Positions 11,757 through 25,504 of a stretch of DNA of 64,000 bases are shown piece after piece. How positions within the stretch are numbered: the stretch's first letter is position 1; every line of letters begins with the position of its first letter. The notes under the pieces are model-generated. The model saw only the letters and a list, made by a program, of their open reading frames with translations, searched no databases and was not told the DNA's origin. The position numbers were made by a program, and so were the translations under genes. Source of the stretch: Puccinia triticina (taxonomy: Eukaryota); assembly GCA_026914245.1 (NCBI GenBank), contig CP110439.1, positions 3,658,001 through 3,722,000 of the forward strand, read 5' to 3'.

Positions 11757-13581
11757 ATGAAGCATGCTAAGCCATTCACCCTCCCCCGAGGCAAGATCGA
11801 TCCCGCTGACGAAGACCACGATGCGAGCGCAATAGCATTCAAGGCTCCCTTACCCAAAGCGTCTGATACCCCCGCCGATCCATCCGCGGACTTTGTCCCT
11901 AATCCAACATCGAAAATTGGGAGACGCCAATGGAAAGATGATAATGCCGACCCGTGGGAGTTCAACGCCTGGTCGGTTTGCTGTTTGAAATTTCCCATTT
12001 TCACATCACTTGACTGAAACGATGTACTAATCAGGCCAACAAAATAATCTAGGGATAACGTCGAATGGAACGAGGAACAACAAAAATTTGCGGAGGATGC
12101 CACCATGAAGCAAGCAGCTAATCCAGTCCCACATGATATGAAAGGTGTGCATTTTCATTAAACAAAGGCTTGTTCCTTTTCTGTTGGACAGAGACGTAAA
12201 CTGAAAAATCATTGAATTACACGATTATATAGTCAAGTTCAATGAAGCACCAGCCGAATTTTGGGAAACGTTTTACGCAACTCGGAAGGATACGTTTTTT
12301 AAAGATCGAGCATGGTTGCGGAACGAGTTCCCGATTTTGGAACAGGCTGTTAGACCAGATGTATGTCACTGGCAACTTGCCAATTTATCCATTTTCGATG
12401 GCTCAAATAAGCGACTTGTTAAATAAATTCTCATTCGTATCACAAAAACCATCAACTTCTGGCTCCCAAGTATGGTCCTATCCGAATAGCTGAACTAGGA
12501 TGTGGGGTCAGTTTCCGATCTCAGACATATGGTAAATGTGTTGAATTGATAGACAAATTAAGCCCAACTCTACTAACACCTAATTGTATCGATTAAGTAC
12601 ATACTAGCCGGGAAACACGGCTTTCCCAATCTTGGCTGCCAATCAGAACCCAGAGCTATTCCTCTATGCGCTGGATTATTCGGCGAAAGCAGTTGAACTC
12701 GTGAAGGTTGGTTGCTCTATCCTCGTGAACACTATCCGCTCTTTGATGATTCATAAACAGTTTGGTTCCTTACGGGCTGATCAACACAGAAAAACCCTCT
12801 CTATGACCCCAAAAAATGTCTAGGAGCCGTATGGGACATGAGCTCGTCTGATATACCCGAGCAGATTACATCCCAATCGTTGGACGTGATTATTATGATT
12901 TTCTGCTTCAGCGCTTTACACCCTAAGGAGTGGTCACAAACCGTTCGTAACTTGTGGAAAGTTAGTATTGATTATTGTTTTTCCAGCATAGGTACCAACA
13001 TTTGCTATCATTTGCTGACATAATAAATCTACTCATGTAGATGCTCAAACCCGGGGGGAAATTACTGTTTCGTGATTATGGACGCTATGATCTCGCACAA
13101 TTGAGGATGAAGGGATCTCGATTCCTGGAAGCTAATCTATATGTCAGGGGAGACGGGACACGCGTTTACTTTTTTGACAAGGGTAGATGGCCTGATTTAC
13201 CTTACTATATGGATCGATTTTAACAGCGTGTGATTCCTTTCATACTTCTTAGATGAACTCGCCGAAATCATTTGTCAGGACATACAAGTAGACTCTCCCC
13301 CCAACTCTCATGTTGAAGCCACCGAGACAAGCCCGCCCAAGTCGGCTCCGAATGAAATGAAGCAACCGAGCTGCAAGTTTGAACCGATCAAACTGGTCGT
13401 TGATCGAAGGCTACTGCTGAACCGGGCTCGAAAGTTGAAAATGTATCGCATTTGGTTGCAGGTATGCATCTAATTCGTCTATCTTCCCCGTTTCTGTTGA
13501 CCAGAAAATCGGTGCTTTTTTCGGTTCTGATAGGGCGAATTTTGGAAACCGCTCCGCATTGAATCACATACGCCTCTGTGA
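11757..13581 (+). CDS. TRM140: tRNA N3-methylcytidine methyltransferase (Trm140/Abp140, METTL2/6 family), multi-exon
   Basis: Spliced motifs [81 protein letters not shown] and [25 protein letters not shown] introns; ATG 11757, TGA 13579-13581. Confidence 0.92.
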
Positions 13582-15050
13582 TTACATAGCAACTTGTCTA
13601 AAAACTGTTCAGTGTAGATTTTTCTGAATGAAGAGGCCCTGCCTGAGACTGAAGCCTAATTTACAAGGTTCTTCTCCCCCAAGTTTGGCTTGCAAATTGA
13701 GCCAAATACTTTGAAGTTATTCAAATCTTGGTTACCAAATCGGTATGGATTCATCATCATGGCGCATTCAACATTGGGTAATTATGTAACCTAGTGACGC
13801 TGGAAAACGCCTTGGGGCAGGCTTTGTCAAGCTAGGCACATGTCGTATTTTGCTGTTTGGTAGGACATAATACAAATTGCAAATTTCAATTGCAATCCGC
13901 CGTTCTTGTTTGCGCTGCTACCCTGTCCGGCTATGTCTCTGATTTGGATCTTTCATTTTTTTCTTTTAACATTACATTTTGGTTTTGGAGGCACACTCGC
14001 CCTCAATCTGTTTCTGATTTTTCCGGGAATGGCCTTCAATTATGGGTCCTCCATGTACGTCTCCATCATGTAGCTTCAAATGAAGCGATATCTTGTTAGA
14101 ATCTTCACTTTACTTGAGTTTCATTTTGTTGCATTGCCATTTCCAAATTTCGTGACAGTGTTGCTACATATCGCAGACAAAAAATGGAAGGTAGTATTGG
14201 GTAGTATGCCGGCAAATTCACACCACTTTATCAAATTATTGACATCGTAAATCTGGGGCACGTGGTACAGATTAGGGGGTTTTCGCGAAAAAGAATTTTC
14301 GCTTCGCGGGGCACAAAAGTTGGTTGACGCACTCGCTTAAAATATGGTCCTCATAGCCATATTGGCGAGCGCTCGAACTCTTTCCCCGGTAATAGTTATT
14401 GTGAAACCCCCCGCAGCATCTAACTTAACTAAGTCCGAAGTTGGAGGCGCGAAGCGCCTCCACCGGAGGGACTTATGCGGTATCGGTGATTTAGGGCTGA
14501 GAGCAACGGCCAAAAACCAACTCCCCAACAAATGTTGCTATAGCTCCATAACCCCCGGTGTTTCCACCAAAGTTCTTGGATAATCTGAAAGCCATACATC
14601 TTGGCTAATTTTTGATGCACTTTCATGTCACATTTCTACCTGCCCCACCTCTTAAAAAAACATCAAAAACTCAGCTGTCTTAGCTGTCATGGGGTTTTCT
14701 CAATTCTACATTGACCACATTGTATGATTGGGCACCAGCAAGAGCCACCAGAAAAGGGTATGATATACCCAGCCTTCGGATGATTCTAAGTCTGAACGTA
14801 GAGGGTGATTACACAAAAACAGAACCACCCAGAGGCCCTGAATGTTGATGTACCTCTCAGGCCAAAATCACCTGTAAGGCTTAAGTCCCTCCCAGAGGGA
14901 GGCCTTTGGCCTCCCTCGGGAGGGACTTAGTTAAGTTAGCCGCAGCATGTAGGTTGGATTTTCAAATGACACCAAATGATATTCCGAGCCGTGGGTTACT
15001 GCACAGAATCTTTTGCACTCAACACCATCTGAATCCTCGGAGCAATCAGG

Positions 15051-16790
15051 ATGTTTGGGCTTTTTGAACGACCTCGATGGACAGCCGATCAGATCCCAGA
15101 TCTCCATGGTGAGTTGAACATTTTTTTCTTGACTGGCGTAAGTAACATGGGCGCCTGGTATGTGCTACGATGCTCATGAGTGTCTGCCATCATCTCGTTC
15201 ACCAAAGGCCGAGTTGCGATTGTGACAGGTAAAAAATTCATTCCGAAATTGACCATGAGACATCCAGTCGAGTGTACTGACTGTCTTGCTCTTGCCATTC
15301 ATCATAGGGGCGAATAGCGGCATAGGCTACGTCACTGCGTTAGAGCTCGTTCGCCACGGTGCAAAGACCTAGTAAGCGAAATATCTCAACATTCTCAAGC
15401 ACACGTTTACAAAGGAACCTAACAAGCCGATTTCTGGCCGCAAGTCTGGCATGTCGAGACGCCACTCGAGCTAAAAGTGCGATCGAAAAGATCAAGGCGA
15501 TTGTACCAGACTCTGACCCTCAATTTTTAAAGTTGGACATCACCTCACTCAACTCTGCTCATTCGGCAGCTCAAGAGTTCCTCAAGCTGGAAAAAAGGCT
15601 CGATATTCTGGTCAATAATGCTGGAGTAGTCTGAGTTGATTTGTTTTCTTTCTTGATCTGAACCCACCAGTACATTATCATGGCGGCAACAATCGTTTTG
15701 TGTTTCTGACTATTTTTTCTGCTGACGGTTATCTAGGCATTTGCCCCATATCAGTTGAGCGAAGATGGCATCGAAATCCATGCCTGCAATGCCACAGGTC
15801 ACTTTGCATTCACGATCCCTCTACTCAATCTGCTTGAAAAGACGTCGCAAGAACCTGGTTCGCACGTACGAATTGTGAATGTCTCCAGTAATGCCCATTC
15901 TTGGGTATGGGGTACCCCAGATTTCTCGTCGCTAAAAAATTTGAATGAGCACTGTTTCGGAATGATGGATAGGTATGGCTTAAGCAAATTAATGGCAAGT
16001 TCATCTCATCAGGTTATGACATCAAAGCCCGCCAAAACTCTCAGCTCCCCTTGACTAAAATAAAAATTGACTAGCAAGAGCTGCTTCCCTGGGTCTGCTT
16101 TAAAGAACATTCTTTTTACCAACGAGTTGCAAAAAAGGCTCAACCACACAAAAATCATTTGTACATCGGCTGTAAGACCTCAACTTGTCGCTACCAAAAC
16201 ACCTTGATGCTGATCACTTCTGAAATAAAACTTCAAAGCATCCCGGTGGAGTAAATACTAACATCGTAACGGGTAAGCAGACATAGGAGGTGAATTTTGA
16301 ATGGGTGTCGACTGAATTCATTGCGTATTTATGCATATTGGAATATAGGCATATGGGTAGAGCAGTACCCCATCTTGAAAGTTTTTGATGTAAGCTACCG
16401 TATCGTTGTCATCCTATACAATTTTGAGAGACATAGACTGTTGTGATCTCATGAAGTGTGACCTTGTTTTTTTAGTGGGTTAAAAGCTGGCTTTTATTAA
16501 CTCCGGAGGATGGAGCCATCAATTTACTGTACGGCGCTACAGACTCGGAAGTGGAGACCAAGGATTTGAGGTGAGGGGCTTTTTACTTGGAAGCTCCGCT
16601 GTGAGTTAGCGATAAACGTATATTGCCCAATCTCACTTGCCGGTGTATTTTTTTTAGGTCTGCTTACCTCTGCCCGTTCGTGAAGGTAACAAAGACCTCG
16701 AGGCTCGCCCAAGACCCCGAGGGAATCCTTGGAAAGCAATTTTGGAACTTCTGCGAGGCACTCGTTAAAGAAAAGGTCAAGGTGAACTAG
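15051..16790 (+). CDS. Short-chain dehydrogenase/reductase, retinol-dehydrogenase/WWOX-like, multi-exon
   Basis: IPDLH|GRVAIVT|GANSGIG, LDILVNNAG, GHFAFT, RIVNVSS, catalytic YGLSK, NILFTNEL and HPGGVNT. ATG 15051, TAG ending 16790. Confidence 0.9.
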
Positions 16791-19323
16791 ATAATTTCAA
16801 AATCCTCCGGAGGTTTTGGCTGTAAAACTTGCAGAACCATCTTGTGGAGATCTTCAATTACATCCGCGTGAGCTTTTCGAAATGTGTAGAAAGCGGACAC
16901 CCTGGTCATTTTGAATTCGAATTTCATTGCGGCATTTTACATACTGTGATTGAAAGCTACAATTTTCTGTGTGCTTCCGAACGAGATCTTGAAATAAAAT
17001 GTTCATTCCTTCCTGGGATTCACTGAGGAAAAATGCTTGAAGCCTTTCGTAACAAGGTCTCTAGCATGGTTCCTCCGGTGCACTGCGAAAAAAAAGAGAA
17101 CTTTGGTCCAAGGGATTTTTTGATAGCGAGTGAAACCCAACCCAGTGACCCATCCCATCGCTCACGCTCATCGAAATCCTCCCTTATGAAGTCCTGTGTC
17201 TATCCATTTGGAAACTGATATAGCGTACTAGCTTTCTAGGACCACTTACATAATGCATTTGAGAGCTTTTTTTAGGCTACCAAATCATTACGCATCCGGT
17301 CATCTGTACAAATGGCTGTACAGGATGCAAAATGGCTTCCGGGGCCCAACCGGAGCCGCTTTGACCTGCTCGCTCTCAAGCTGGCGAGAACGGGGCACTT
17401 CAACCATCATGATGGCACTGGATCCTAGAAAGCGAGAAGATTTCCATGATCTAACTCTCAACCTCTGAAACTCAAATTTGTAGGAGGTGCAATTTTACTC
17501 CCCAATATGACTGTAGCCACACCGGGTTCAACACAGGACTGAGGATGGGGAGGCGTACAAAAATGGTGTTGGGAAGTGCTGTATTTCTTCTGCAGTCAAT
17601 GAACTTTCTATTCGAGAGAACACCAATCTTACTGCTTGCCCCTTAGCAACCATTGAAAACAACTTCAGATCGACTATTGTATCTACCATCGAATACTTGC
17701 AGACTTTTTCCTTATCGCTAAACGGCTACTCAACAGCTTGAATATGTGGATACAACGGATTGAAGGGAGGAAAACAAAATAGGTTGGGACTAATGAAAGA
17801 AATGAGTAGGGTGAGTGAGAAAAGAACAAGACTGTTTGATGAAAAGAGGATAGTGCGGATGACAAGAGAAGAGTGAGAGGATTCAACAAAAACAGAAGGG
17901 CATTGTGATTGCCAAAAGTCTAGAAGTCGACGGAAAGGGCCGTCCAAAGCCAAGGAGGGTGGCTGAACTCTGAAATGATCGGAGATTTGTCCTGAGAAAT
18001 AAAAGCTAATCAGGACTTCATTCAGACTAGCCTGTTCAATGAAACGTAAGACTTACAGGTTCGCTTGGACACCTTTTGTGGGGTGCTGCTTGACCATTTT
18101 TTTGCCCCTGAGTCGGTTTTGGACGGTTTGGGTGGTTTCTGGGAAGCTACAAGTGCTTGAGGTACCGTTGCTCAGGACCCCTCGGATAGAAAACTGGGCT
18201 CAATTGTTTGATCCATTGTTTTGTACTTTCCAAGTCTACATTAGGTTCATTGTAAAGTTTCAGCAAGTCATTTGGTACCGCCTTAATCAACTGCTTTAGC
18301 GCGAAGCGCATCTCAGACGTAAGACAAGCAATATCATTCAGACCAAGAAACTGGTACGAAACTCTTCCGATGTCATCGGAGTCTGACGGCGTTTTCCATT
18401 CTGAAGCCTTATGAGAGGAGGTTCTCAAGTCGAATAACAGGACAAGATAAGGGTTGTTGATGCCTCGAATCTTGGCATGACTTTTTGACCATTGATGACT
18501 TTCATCCCAGGCAGTGGGTCCTGCCACATTTTTTGTTTGAATACCGCAAAACGTGATGTTTTCGAGGTCTAGTTTTGGAGATTGGGATTTGGGGGCGAGA
18601 TAAATCGGGAAAAGCTCGTCCAACCCAGGTTGACCAGGCATGCATTGGACCGCAACACCTCGGTACAAAAACTCCAAGAAGTCACTGGCGCTGGGCGTGT
18701 ATGAAATCCGGGTAAAGTGGTTGAAAAATACCCGTCCTTCTTTTAAGAGTCTTTCTTTGTCGCCTTTCGCGATACAGCCAAAATCCACGGTATATGGGTC
18801 TTTGCCGGTCAAGGTTTCGAGGAAATCTGCCAATCGCACTGAATATCCATCGGGGATCGAATCGGTTCTGTTACAAGGAATTGCCTTGGTTTTCTGCATA
18901 GCGCGTATCAATATCAATCTGGTCGCCGTTTCTCCGACGTCTCCGATTTGAACGTGTCCTTTGTTTACTGCAGCAGCAAGAAGATTGATGCACTTGATCC
19001 AATGCGTCTCGTCGGATGCGAGAATTCTGTTAGCCGCTAATGCGTATACGAATTGCGGGGGATAGTCGCTGACAACCATTTCTCGATCTGAGTCGATAAA
19101 CATACAATGCGCCGCGTGACTCGCAACGAGTTCCGAGTTTATGGGCGAATACGAGGACACCCGGGTCTGTATCACAGAGCCCAATATGGCGAAGTACTGC
19201 GAGGGAGACAATTCCATTGCTTCGGTAGAAACCGCTCCAGAACTACACACTAATTTTGCCTCTGCAATACTCGAGATGTATTCGACGACAGTACCTGGCT
19301 GATCTTTCATTACACCTTCCATG

Positions 19324-21239
19324 CACCAGGAAAAATCAGTAGTCACTAGATGACAACTGACATGACACCTGCTCCAGCTGGCTATCCAGCCTCTAGTGCA
19401 ATTTTCACGAGCTGATCCTCAGCTTTGTCCCAGGCACAGCTGCCTCCAGTCTTGGCACAGGACAAGCCACTGCTCAGCCTTTGCCTGAGCAAGAACAGGC
19501 ATTGATAAATGCACACCTGTCCTCCGGGGGCACGCCCACGACCACACCCTTTGAACAGGGCGTGTGGGACCGCGCACCCTTTATCAAGGGCGTGCACGCC
19601 CCCACATAGGCGTGCACAAGCGTGCACCGTGCCTGCTCGCCGAGAGCCCCTCGGTGGGCAGGCGCAAGTACATATACCTGCTCGCCGAGAGCCCCTCGGC
19701 GGGTATGGTGTATGTATCCCTGCTCACCGACAAGGACAACTCTCGGCGAGCAGGTATACAAACACCTGCCCGCCGAGCCTGCTCACCGAGAGCCCCTCGG
19801 CGGGCAGGTGCATCTATACCTGCTCGCCGAGAGAAATCCTCGGCGAGCAGGCATACAGATCCCACCTCCTCTCGGCGAGCAGGTATACATACACCTGCCC
19901 ACCAAGCCTGCTCACCGAGAGCCCCTCGGCGGGCAGGTGCATTTATACCTGCTCGCCGAGATAAATCCTCGGCAAGCAGGCATACATATCCCACCTCGCC
20001 AAGAGCCTCTCGGCGAGCAGGTATAGTTGAACCTGCCCGCCGAGGGGCTCTTGGCGAGAAGGTATACTTGAACCTGCCCGCCGAGGGGCTCTTGGCGAGC
20101 AGGCTCGGCGGGCAGGTGTTTGTATACCTGCTCGCCGAGAGTTATCCTTCTCGGCAAGCAGGAAAGGCTCTCGGCGAGCGGGGATATGTATGCCTGCTCG
20201 CCGAGGATTTCTCTCGGCGAGCAGGTATACATGCACCTGCCCGCCGAGCCTGCTCACCAAGAGCCTCTCCGCGGGCAGGTGCAAGTATACCTGCTCGCCG
20301 AGAGGCTCTTGGCGAGGTGGGATATGTATGCCTGCTCGCCGAGGATTTCTCTCGGCGAGCAGGTATAAATGCACCTGCCCGCCGAGGGGCTCTCGGTGAG
20401 CAGGCTCGGTGGGCAGGTGTATGTATACCTGCTCGCCGAGAGGCTCTCGGCGAGGTGGGATCTGTATGCCTGCTCGCCGAGGATTTCTCTGCGCGAGCAG
20501 GTATACATGCACCTGCCCGCCGAGGGGCTCTCGGTGAGCAGGCTCGGCGGGTAGGTGTTTGTATACCTGCTCGCCGAGAGTTATCCTTCTCGGCGAGCAG
20601 GCAAGGCTCTCGGCGAGCAGGTGCATGTATACCTGCTCTCCGAGAGGCTCTCGGCGAGGTGGTATCTGTAACTGCCCGCCGAGGGGCTCTCGGCGAGCAG
20701 GTATACTTGCATCTGCCCGCCGAGGAGCTCCCGACGAGCCATGGTGCACGCCTGTGAACGCCCATGTGGGGGCGTGCACGCCCTCGCACGCCCATACAGG
20801 GGTGTGCATGCCCTTTCGCCCTTTATCAAGGGTGTGCGGTCCCACACGCCCTTTTCAAAGGGCGTGGGCGAGGGCTTGCCTCCGGGGGACGGGTGTGTGT
20901 TCATCAACACCCGTTCTTGCTCAGGCAAAGGCTGAGCAGTGGCTTGTCCTGTGCCAAGACTGAGGGGCAGCTGGGCCTGGGCCAAGGCTGAGCAGCAGCT
21001 TTGCCTGGGACAAAGCTGAGGAGCAGCTTTGCCTGGGACAAAGCTGAGGAGCAGCTTTGCCTGGGACAAAGCTGAGGAGCAGCTTGTGAAAATTGCAAGC
21101 TAGAGGCTTCAGCTGTGCCAAAATGGGCACTGAGCTGTGTGCCAGCCAGCCCTGAACTAGCAGATGGAGTAGCTTTGGAGCTGAAACCAGAGCTGTGTTA
21201 TGTCAGTTGTCATCAACTGACTACTTTTTTTTCCTGGTG
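19324..21239. mobile_element. Non-autonomous CACTA/CMC-like TIR element with an internal palindromic array
   Basis: Imperfect TIRs caccaggaaaaa..agtagtca.t.gatgacaactgaca; 3-bp TSD ATG at 19321-19323 and 21240-21242. The interior 19630-20730 is made of cctgctcgccgag...ctcggcgagcagg units. Confidence 0.9.
20985..21085. repeat. 28-bp tandem repeat (gctgaggagcagctttgcctgggacaaa), about 3.5 copies
   Basis: Visible directly, inside the TIR element. Confidence 0.9.
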
Positions 21240-24009
21240 ATGTAGCCCTTGAAAAACAACCCATAAAATGGGGAGCCATAGCTGAAGAGCCGTTCCGCCG
21301 ATAGCAACTCATCCCATGAGCTCGGTGCTTTCGGGACAAAGACATCAATTGATGAGATTTGGTAGATCGGTGGAAATAAATCGACGCCTAAACCGAGGTA
21401 CCGTAAGCTGGGGTCTCGGGTTAGCGCCGGATTAAAGTTAGCAACCCGCGAGGTTGTATCGGTGACGAGGCCAAAGAACCCCGTTTTGACAGGTATGTGC
21501 GATAAAACTCGACGGAATACGCAAAAGTATGGGATTCGGAGTTTTTCGTCGATCTGATTGACTAGGTTGCCGGCCTCGTCTATCGCCAAGAGCATCTTGA
21601 GCCCTCCGTCTCCTTCGAATCCAACACTTTGACTCATCCTCGTAGCCGCAGCGCCGAGGAATTGTATCGGCTGCATGCCGTTTGCCTCTATGCTCTTCAT
21701 TTCTTTTTCGACATTGGCGTTGTATTCAGCCTTTGGAATCTTGTCCAGTTGGAAACTGTAATCAAACCACGCAGCTAGTGGATCTTTCAAGCTTCTAGCC
21801 CCTATATCTGGCCTTGAAAAGAATTCAGAGGCGGTGTTCAAAATTGCAGCCAACAAGTAAGAATAGTGCGTCTCCAGATCCTGCCCCGCTTTCAAATCGG
21901 GGAAGAAGTGCTTGGCAAGTTCGGACCGAGGAGGCTGGCCAGTGGAGCCGGGAGGTCGGAGACAGATATAGGCCACGCAGACGTGCTTAGCTAGCTCCTT
22001 GAGTAATCGAGTTTTGCCGCTCATGGTGGGGCCGATAATCGAAGTATAAGGTGCCTTGTATTTATCTCTTTTCCATTGCCCTGCAAACCTTTGTAATTTC
22101 TCGAGGGTTGGAGCAACAATCACATCGTGTCTCTGATATTCGGCATCGAAACCTCGCCGGACTATATCGGCAGCCCACTGGATTGAGTCAACCGGCTTGA
22201 GTTCATTTGCTGCGGAAGCGGTGGAACCGTCAAGTGCAGCAAGCATCTGATCTCCTGTCAATGTTGAAGCGTCGACCTCGGGGAATCGGACAAAGTGAGC
22301 CCGCCGGATCAAAGTATTGATTTTGTCTCCATCTGCTTCATCGGTGAGTTCAAGCTCCTCCTTGAGGTAGTCCAGGGATCCTTCTCTGCCCTGAGTAAAA
22401 TGCCGCCATTCTTTGCTGACACTTCCTTGCTTTCGAGCGCTCAGGTCCAAGTAGCGAAAAACACTGGCTAGTTGGTTGTTGTGTTCTTGCACCTTTTCCA
22501 CTTCAGATTGGTTGGAATTATCAAAGATGCAAGGAGATCAGTTGATGTTCTGTAGCTCGGAATCAACCAAGGAGATTCACTCACATCCAGCAGTGTCGAG
22601 AAGTTTACCAAACAGCTGGGCTGCGTCCTTATGCCCGGCGTGGAGATCCAAAAAGCGATTGCGTTCGGCAAGTTCTGGCGAGTCGGGTGTGGGATGAGTA
22701 GCTTCAGATTTCTTTCGGAACTGCTCGAAGGTTCGAGATAGAGATGTTGCAGGATTCACTTTGCAAGCAGGGGCACCTAAAAAGCCAAGATGGAATGTTG
22801 CTGAGGCCATTCGGAGGGGGCACCGACTGAGCTCGGAGTAAGTGCGTATGATGGGGGAGGAAGATCTGCTTTTAGTTGTGCAGACATGTTTAAGGGTTGC
22901 AAGAGTATGTGTGCGTAGAACGCTGAGAGGAAATCCTGCTGATGCCATGGGGAGGGGGCAGAGTGTATTGGAAAGTGGACTGAGCTGGGAGGAAGAGGGT
23001 AAGATGGGAGCGAAAGGGTGACTGGTGTTGTCTTTGGAATGTCGAAAGCTTGGACTTGATTTCGAGCTTGCTGTGCAGAATCATGCATGGGCCGGTTGTA
23101 CAGCTACACCACGGACGCACTTCCTTGCGTCTTTTCCGAATGCCGTTCGAAGTGACGGAAAATTATTGAAAAAAATTCGAAGTGGCCCCACTCGTTGGGA
23201 TTTCGAATACTCCTTGATTTTTTTCCCAATACAAGGGGAAGCCCCCAAATTTGGGGTTCCAGGGGGTGTTAAAGTCATAGGGGTTTGTAAATGGAGGACT
23301 TCCCGCCAATCTGGAAACCCAGATTTTCCCAGATTTCCCTGCGAAATCTGGGAAGATCAAGCCCAGATTTCCCCGCAAAATCTGGAAAAATCTGGGTTCC
23401 CAGATTGACGGGAAGTCCTCCAATGGAGGACTTCCCGTCAATCTGGGAATCCAGATCTGAGCCGCCAGATTTCAGATTTCGCAGGGAAATCTCGGTCCCC
23501 GAAGCTCCCTGAAGGGATCCAGAGTTCCAGATTCCAGATTCCCCTGCGAAATCTGGAATTCCAGATTTATTCAAAGTTGACGGGAAGTCCTCCAATTACA
23601 GCAAGGGCATAGCCCCCAAATTTGGGGTTACAGGGGGTGTGAAAGTCACAGGATGTGAAAGGCCCAAAAGGGAATGGGACAGAGCAAAGGAAATGACATA
23701 AAATTTTCAAACCTTTGATGATGCAATTTCAGGGTGACTATGCATTCAGTCAAAGGAGAAACCAAATTTCAACTGAAAAATAGGTTGAAAAACAAAATTT
23801 CAAGTGAAAACTGGGTGAAATAAGGGCATTTTATTTGGGGAAAAGACACAAAATTTGTTACTGAAAAAGTAAACATTTGGAAGAATGGTGATGAGAGATA
23901 CTCAAAAACTCTGAAAATGTGAGAGAAATTCCTTTTAAACAATTTTTGAAGTTTATTATGAAGGCTGACCACTTTCAGGCTGTGGAATCACAACCTTAGT
24001 AGTTTGGCT

Positions 24010-24660
24010 TGACTTGCTTCTTGACAATGCAAAACACAGGTTCATGAAGTACAATACCAAAATTACCAATTTTTTGACCTTGAGATTTATTGATTGACAG
24101 GAAATTTCTTGTGTATGAGCTTGAAAGGCAGTCCAGACAGCTCCAGACTTATCTGGGTCAGATTGAAAGGAATGTGACTCTGAGGGATGGGCACAGAATC
24201 ATTAACTCTGTTACCTGATACAACTCTTGTGTAAATCACATTTGGGCCCAACCTGGTTCCATTACAAAGTCCCATTGTCCAATCAAGGTTCCTGAGCATT
24301 ATTATTAAACAATTTGGTCACCTGTTGGGAGTTTGTAAACTCTTTGATCCACATTTGTAGCATTATCAGTAAGCCTGATTGAGTGATTTGGATTTATTTC
24401 AGATGGAACAAATTCAAACTGTTGCAGGAGAGGATATTAGTGGTGAAGGATTGTTTAGATTCTTTGCAAAAGTCCTGGAAGTAGATCTTGACCATGAACT
24501 CTGTGGTTTTCAAACTCATTTTCTGTGTCATATATGTCCAGCTGTAAGAATTTGGGGAATTCCTGTGAAAGTGGAAGCAAACTTCCAATGTTATGGTGAA
24601 TTGTACCCTTCACCTTGAATGTATGGATACTGTCAGACACTGAGACACTAAGTCCATGTG
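24010..24660 (-). pseudogene. Helitron Rep/helicase remnant with a large internal deletion
   Basis: TFKVKGTIHHNIGSLLP...PKFLQLDIYDTENE (RepHel N-terminal region) lies next to MLRNLD..GLCNGTRL...LPFKLIHKKFPV...ALSR (Pif1-like helicase C-terminal motifs). Confidence 0.8.
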
Positions 24661-24673
24661 TCTACACTGCTTA

Positions 24674-25504
24674 CACTGCGGGCATCTCGCTGTCGCTGCG
24701 GGCCGCAGCGACATCATGACGCTGCATATCAGAATGCAGCGTCAGCTGCAGCGACATCTGGCCGGCTGATCGATTTGCCTTTGGACAGCCGGCCACCAAT
24801 ACATAACAACCTCTCAATGACCGGTCCTTGTGCCGGCCATCAAGAGGATTATAACACACTCCTCTCACTCCTCTCGGTGACCAGCTCATGGACCGGTCAT
24901 TGGGAGGAGTCCACACTCCTCTTGATGCCAGCACACACTGGCGTCAAGAGGAGTACAGACACCTCTTGATGGCCGGCACAACAACCGGTCACCAAGAGGA
25001 GTACGCACTCCTCTCAATGGCTGGCCCAAGGCCCGGTCATTGGGAGGAGTACATACACACTTCCCTTGATGAACGGCACAGACCGGGCATTGAGGTGCAT
25101 GTACTCCTCTCGACGCCGGCCTGTGTTGGCATTGAGAGGAGTATGGATTCCTCCTCCCGATGACCGGTCCTTGTGCTGGTCATCAAGAGGAGTGTGGACT
25201 CCTCCTCCCAATGACCAGTCGTTATGCTGGTCATCGAGAGGAGTGTGGACAACTCTCAATGGCCGGCACAAGGACTCCTCCTGATGGCCGGTCCTTGGGC
25301 CAGCCATCGAGAGGAGTGCGTACTCCTCTCGGTGACCAGTCGTTGTGCCGGCCATTGAGAGGTGCGTTGTGTGTACATACCCCGGTGGCCGGCTGTCCAT
25401 CAGACAGCCAAGTGTCGCTGCATTACTTGTTGCGCGGGGTTCGAATCCCCACTGAATCGTCAGATGTCGCTGCGGTCCGCAGCGACATCGAGATGCCCGC
25501 AGTG
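24674..25504. mobile_element. CACTG-terminated MITE (CACTA/CMC-like), 831 bp
   Basis: ~42-bp TIR cactgcgggcatctcg.tgtcgctgcgg.ccgcagcgacatc; 3-bp TSD TTA at 24671-24673 and 25505-25507; interior of ctcctctc/gagaggag palindromic units. Confidence 0.9.

Larger units (their letters stand above)
18147..22948 (-). pseudogene. P-loop NTPase plus PD-(D/E)xK-like nuclease protein (CR/Crinkler-effector-like architecture), disrupted by a TIR element
   Basis: Walker A GPTMSGKT, Walker B LLAIDEA and C-terminal GLD...GIQTKN. Removing 19324-21239 plus one ATG copy fuses ORFs 21221-22501 and 18147-19346 as FFKGYMEGVMKDQ. Intron ~22502-22585. Start codon uncertain. Confidence 0.7.

Noticed and set aside
19474..21130. 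Many long overlapping ORFs (up to 397 aa)
   Set aside because: Artefacts of a GC-rich palindromic repeat array inside a TIR element.
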